Assembly: GCA_964016885.1 (NCBI GenBank)
Contig: OZ024740.1
Coordinates: 70,122,001 to 70,186,000 of the forward strand
Reading direction: 5' to 3'
Source of the DNA: Eledone cirrhosa
Taxonomy: Eukaryota
Length of the DNA stretch: 64,000 nucleotides
Part shown: positions 56,596-64,000 of the stretch, one piece after another
Layout of the letters: each line of letters opens with the position of its first letter
Position numbering within the stretch: the first letter of the stretch is position 1
The notes under the pieces: model-generated
The model's input: only the letters and a program-made list of their open reading frames with translations
The model's database searches: none
Told to the model about the DNA's origin: nothing
Made by a program: the position numbers and the translations under genes

Positions 56596-57576
56596 TTTAG
56601 AACAGAATAACCGAAGCTCTAGCTGCAGCTAAGCTAACAAATGCAATCGGGGTGTGCAGTTAAGTACTCAATAAGGTATATTACCTTAGAGTTATAACAT
56701 TACGTTTAGACAGCTTTGAAAATTGAAGACAGCGACCGGTAGGCGAACCGCAGTGACTAAAGCGACGAAAAAAACTGAACTCAGGAAAATATGACAAACC
56801 TGGACCGTCGCGTTGATACCATACATAACATATAATATATAATTGTTTCTACTTTGGGCACAAGGCCAGCAATTACCCAGTACTGGTACATTATTTTATC
56901 GACCCCGTAAGGATGAAAGCGGGATTTGAACTCAGAATGGAAAGGGCCGTAACCCTATGCTTCAAAGCATGACGTCCGACCATCTACCAATACTGCCAAA
57001 CCACTGCCCTATATATAATATATAATATATAATATATATCACATATAATATATAATATCTCCGCTAGGTTTCGGTAAATCCGAAATCAACAAAATCCACT
57101 TGCAGGAGCCTGCAAGTTATCATCAAGAAGTTTTCGTTCTAATCCGCCCCGAGTTGTGATTATTATCAGTAAACACGGCTAGTAGTCACATAGTTTTCCC
57201 GAAGGGAGGTAACCTCTGGTTTTGGCGGTCAAATTTAAAATTTGAACAAAGGTATAAATTCCTTTACACAAACCGAATAAAGTACTCAACTAGATGTTAT
57301 TAAACAAACATAAACATTTAACCAATCAATAGAATTGTCTAATTAAATTAATCAATTAATCATTAAGTCTAGGAGATAATAATACAAAATTTAGAACAAC
57401 ATAATCGAAGCCCTGGCTGCAGCTAAGCTAACGAATGCAATCGGGGTGTGTAACTAAGCACTCAATAAGGTATATTACCTTAGAGTGATAATATTATGTT
57501 TAGACAGCTTTGCAAATTGAAGACAGCGACCGATAGGCCAGCCGCAGTGACCAAAGCGACGAAAAAAACTGAACTC
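56593..57576 (-). mobile_element. Non-coding repeat with ~190-bp terminal direct repeats, interrupted by a family A SINE (56838-57010, minus)
   Basis: 56593-56783 matches 57387-57576 with scattered substitutions; the interior is related to 17027-17245. Confidence 0.7.
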
Positions 57577-59925
57577 TTGGTGAATCTTGAAATATAAAGT
57601 AATGAGAAAAGTGATGAATAAAAAAACAACTCGTATAAAGTGAAAGGTTGAGTTGAATATAAATATGAAAGAAAAAGAGAATAAAGAAGCAGCCTAGTTT
57701 TCCCCCAGGAACAGCAGGCAGGGTGTACAAAATGACAGATTTCAAATTAAATGACAAAAATGGTTGACAGGCAACAATATAGGATATCACACAATGTCCA
57801 TCCAGCCTTATATGAAACCCATGAGAAATGTGTACGGAACAAAAGAACGTAAGCGAGTAAAAGAAAAAAAAGACGCAACAAAAGTTTCATATTAGTAGTT
57901 TATGGCAAGCAAACAAATAAATATATTCTTTCTGATAAGATAAAGTGGTTTTGTCTGAGTGGTATTTCCATAGCAATGGGATTATAATGGAAATTTAATG
58001 AAGATGACACACAGTGTCCCACCGCTGGTGTCTACTAAACAGAGACTTTGAAACGAAGTAAACACCTTAAACACCTTAAGCTAAAAACTGAATAATAACT
58101 TATTTATTTATTTATTACTCATTGTATTGTCGCTTACGAAATATAACTTATTTCATTCAGCCTCGATGTACTCTATAGTTTCGTGCAGAAAGGAGCTGAT
58201 CGTCACGGCGAACCTAGGAAGATATGTTTTCATTGGTCTTTCCAATGATATCTGCCAATCACAGGATTAGATAGAAGCATCGCCGTCTCTGACTATACAG
58301 CGACACGGGGCGGGATTTTATCCATCCTGAGAAAATAATAGGCAAAGTTGACCTCAGTAAGATTTGAACTCATGGTACAGAAACAAATAGCGAGGTATTA
58401 AATCTGACGCTCTGCCAATTCACCACCTATTCGTATGAAACAAAAAAATGTAAGTAGTCGAACGTTTCTTATACAAGCTACCGCTCACAACTCCTGAAAA
58501 AAGTGTCACAGATCTTCCGGTGACAGGAAGAAGAATTTGAATTCAGAACAGAATGCACAGAGCCGGAAGAGATACTGCAAACATCCCATCTGAAGCTGAC
58601 AATTTTCGCCAATTCACTGTCATCCATGTACAAGAGAGCAGAGAGCTGGAACAAATTTTGATACATTTAATTCGACGGTCTAACGACTCCGCCAATTCGC
58701 AGCGTGTTTTTACAGAAATATCGGGAAAAAACATTGTTTTCATATACTTTTTATAACATAAATATTTTGCTGTTCTACAGCAAACTTGTTTATAGTTGTT
58801 GCGATTTGGGAAATATGACTTTATTCTGAAGAAAACTGTCGACCATACTTAAATATGGAATGATACGCGATGGCGTATCATTTTATATAGGTCGGAAGAC
58901 AGGCGAAGCTCATTTTCTATAGGTCGGAACACAGCTGAAGTTTTCCAGAAAGAAGGAATAGAGACTGCTGCCAGTAGTGAAATATTACTTTATTTATCGA
59001 CCTGCTTCATTTGAAGTTGAAGCATAGAGAGATAGAACAAATACCACACATCATACTATATGTTGTATCTAATGACTTCGCTAACTATCGCTGTCATTTG
59101 TTCCAGATAAAGGAAAAGAAAAACAACGACATAGCTTTGATGATAGTTGTGACTATTCTAAGAAAATAAAGAATGTTTTTAAAAAACTATACTGTTCAGG
59201 ACCAGACTCTTAATGATTAGTGTGTCTGTCTCACGATTTTAAAGACGTAACTCCTGTTCCCCGCGGTGTATCATAGTCTTCAGCAAGACAACTTATTTCT
59301 CGCTGCTCTACGCACTCAGTTGTAAAAATGAGTTGTACTTCTAATTCAAATAGCCAGCTTTGTCACACTGAATATCTCTGAGAATTACGTCAAGAGTTCT
59401 AGTGTTTATGGAAAACTCAACACTTTTCACGTTGATTTCACGAGCAGGCTGTTCTGTTAATAAAACGAGTGGAACATTCGTCGTCAGACTGAGTGTTCCA
59501 GTAACAGCAATGACCACATGACAATGAAACTAATGATAGAAGAGACATACTATCGTGAATTAAATTAGTACTAGAACTCACTATCAGAAACAACATAATC
59601 AATAGAAAAACATTAGTTGAACAATAATCAATTGCTTTTACAAATAGAAAATAACAATGTGAATATGAAAATACTACAAACATACGAAATCAGGCTTCAG
59701 AATTCATATACATATACGTATATACACATGAACACACAAACAAACATGCACACTCTCACACACACATACACACACCACACACACACACACGCACACACGC
59801 ACACACACACACATATATATATATGTGTTATATGACCTTATGCACACATATATATATGTATGTATATACATATATATACATATACATACACACACACACC
59901 ACACACACACACATATATATATATA

Positions 59926-60149
59926 GGCGTGTGGCTGAGTGGTTAGAGAATTGGATTCGCAATCGTAAGGTTGTGAGTTCGATTCTTGGACCAGGCGATG
60001 CGTTATGTCCTTGAGCAAGACACTTTATTTCACGTTGCTCCTTCTACCTGGAGTTGCGACCGAAAGATAGTATTAGCAATTGGAAAGACCAACGGAAACA
60101 TTGTTCCCTCGGTCCGATTTGACGAAAGTCAATCGTTCCTATCGTTCCT

Positions 60150-60150
<1 letters not shown>
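59926..60150 (+). mobile_element. tRNA-derived SINE, family B (full-length)
   Basis: GGCGTGTGGCTGAGTGGTTAGAG..GAGTTCGATTCT (A/B boxes), GTCCTTGAGCAAGACACTTT central block; inside (TA)n. Confidence 0.85.
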
Positions 60151-61898
<1,748 letters not shown>

Positions 61899-62237
61899 GT
61901 TTGTATATGTATAATAAAGCCAAAACAAGTCATGCATGATTTGGCAAGCTATTTAGAACACTGGTTTAACCGCTTTACTTCCCTCCGAAGTAGAGATATT
62001 ATCTCGAAAATTAAGGACATTTAAATAAATCTAAGGTAAAAGACTAATTGTCAACAATATCTTTTGCATTTGCATTCTTTATTCTATGTCCATACCTGCA
62101 TTGTTTTTGCGTTATTATACATATAGAAACGTTTATACCTCATTACACAATGCTTCAAGTGAACTATAACCTCCTCCTATATATATATATATTAAAATAG
62201 AAATATTAATAAAATAGATGTTCCTGTGATCAATTAA

Positions 62238-62290
62238 ATTGTATTATACATATTTCAGAGGTACAACAGTACGTCCTCATCAGATAAAAT
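62238..62290 (-). ncRNA. Hammerhead ribozyme motif related to 10158-10220
   Basis: Minus strand: attttat-CTGATGA-ggacgtac tgtt gtacctct-GAAA-tatgta-TA-atacaat; ~45 nt from a (TA)n tract. Confidence 0.6.
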
Positions 62291-63397
62291 AAAATGATAC
62301 CTGACATACCCTGAGATGTTAAATGATTAAGATTAATCAGGGTAGACTGTAGAGTGCTTCCAATCTACTATAAAACTCATTCTTTGATGTACTCATTGAA
62401 TCTTGTTTAACTCTTTAATATATATATATATATATATTGCAGAAGAATGGTGTTTATCTTATGTATATATACGTGTGTGTTTATATATATATATATATAT
62501 ATACAAATGTTTATATGAATATATCTCTGTGTGTATGTACGCATGTATGTACGCACACTATTTTATCTATATACGTATTTGGGTGTTCGCGCATGCGTGT
62601 AACGTTTGATTACATCGTGGAGAAGTTGATGCTAGAACTAAATACCCATAAATAGAATAAAATGGAAAAAAGTAAATGAAACTAACCACAGTAAAAAAAA
62701 TAATCGATAAAGCCTAAGCTCTTGGACGTGAAATGGGGACCAAAAATCTGTTCTTGGTCTATTCACCTTGAACCACACTTTTAAAATATCTTAACGACAC
62801 TGGTTTAAAGGTGAAACTTAAAAAGCTTTTACCACTGTCTTCCTATGGTAAATTACACAAGAAATAACATCATAAATAAACAACAATGAAGGCAATAAAT
62901 TCCGAATGTACAGGAAGCAACAAGAAACTGTCCACTGTCATTGTTGTTGTTGTTGCTGCTGCTGCTATTAACATTTTGTTTCTTCTTTTTTACTAGCTAT
63001 CATGTCTTAGCCGTGTTGAAATACATGCAGTAGCAGCAGCGAGTTGATTACTAACACTAGAGTACCATATAAAAACCTTCAATCAAAAGAGAAAAGCTTC
63101 TAATTGGTCGGTCGACATGCTATAAATGGCAGCTAAATTTCCATTAAATCCCACTATACTCTCTTAGCCAAGGCAAGACTCATTAGCTAATATAGTTGTA
63201 ACCATACTGCGACCGATTAGAAAACCTGGATGGTCACCGCTAGCCCTTTAATGCTTTTAGCAAATTCCGCTGTTGCCAGCATTCGAGTCGAGTCTTCGGT
63301 TTGAGAATACCTTCCAATCTGGGGTACCAAAACATACAAAATATACAATGATAAAAGAAAACTGATCACCATTAAGCGGAAGTCTGATATGGAGCTT

Positions 63398-64000
63398 CAC
63401 AACAACAGATTCTAAACAGCACAAAAGGAAAGGACACAACAACAGATTCTAAACAGCACAAAAGGAAAGGACACAACAACAGATTCTAAACAGCACAAAA
63501 AGAACGGACACAACAACAGATTCTAAACAGCACAAAAGGAAAGGACACAACAACAGATTCTAAACAGCACAAAAGGAAAGGACACAACAACAGATTCTAA
63601 ACAGCACAAAAAGAACGGACACAACAACAGATTCTAAACAGCACAAAAGGAAAGGACACAACAACAGATTCTAAACAGCACAAAAAGAACGGACACAACA
63701 ACAGATTCTAAACAGCACAAAAGGAAAGGACACAACAACAGATTCTAAACAGCACAAAAGGAAAGGACACAACAACAGATTCTAAACAGCACAAAAAGAA
63801 CGGACACAACAACAGATTCTAAACAGCACAAAAGGAAAGGACACAACAACAGATTCTAAACAGCACAAAAAGAACGGACACAACAACAGATTCTAAACAG
63901 CACAAAAGGAAAGGACACAACAACAGATTCTAAACAGCACAAAAGGAAAGGACACAACAACAGATTCTAAACAGCACAAAAGGAAAGGACACAACAACAG
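63398..64000. repeat. 37-bp minisatellite, 16+ units, running off the window
   Basis: Unit CACAACAACAGATTCTAAACAGCACAAAA-GGAAAGGA (A) or -AGAACGGA (B). Confidence 0.97.

Noticed and set aside
58478-58756. Overlapping 62-67 aa ORFs in unique-looking sequence
   Set aside because: No motif or consistent frame; cannot be distinguished from chance.
59926-60000. tRNA gene
   Set aside because: The A and B boxes are followed by a SINE body and recur in several dispersed copies; this is a SINE head, not a tRNA.
63398-64000. CRISPR-like appearance of the 37-bp repeat
   Set aside because: Units are contiguous with no unique spacers, there are no cas genes, and the context is eukaryotic.

Overview
Non-genic, very AT-rich, microsatellite-laden eukaryotic DNA. 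The SINE and repeat content is what I would expect from an octopod cephalopod (inference, not verified). I can support no host protein-coding gene; almost all short ORFs in the track are translated (TA)n/(CA)n/(TG)n. The window is dominated by Penelope-like retroelements (PLEs) of three types: Nematis-type (C-terminal GIY-YIG; 1-1160, 40738-43053 and an ~11-kb head-to-head inverted pair at 43286-54224), Neptune-type (54287-56560) and decayed Naiad-type (3220-5200, 7330-8850). Many short non-autonomous relatives sit in (TA)n tracts. Reading the sequence by eye gives about 20 type I hammerhead ribozyme (HHR) motifs from about 10 sequence families, including U3-A8 core variants and one with a ~116-nt stem II insert. 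Most notable: (i) a 468-bp non-coding HHR-containing unit in a 2+3 inverted tandem array (retrozyme/circRNA candidate, 38492-40674); (ii) a recurring 'inverted arm + arm + 3-prime tail' architecture seen from ~120 bp to 11 kb; (iii) a bulged RCTC...GAGY hairpin shared by the 3-prime tails of otherwise dissimilar families. Also present are two tRNA-derived SINE families, remnants of RTE, R4/Dong-like and Tc1/mariner elements, and a 37-bp minisatellite at the right edge. All structures were paired by eye, and clade names come from recalled motifs rather than database searches.
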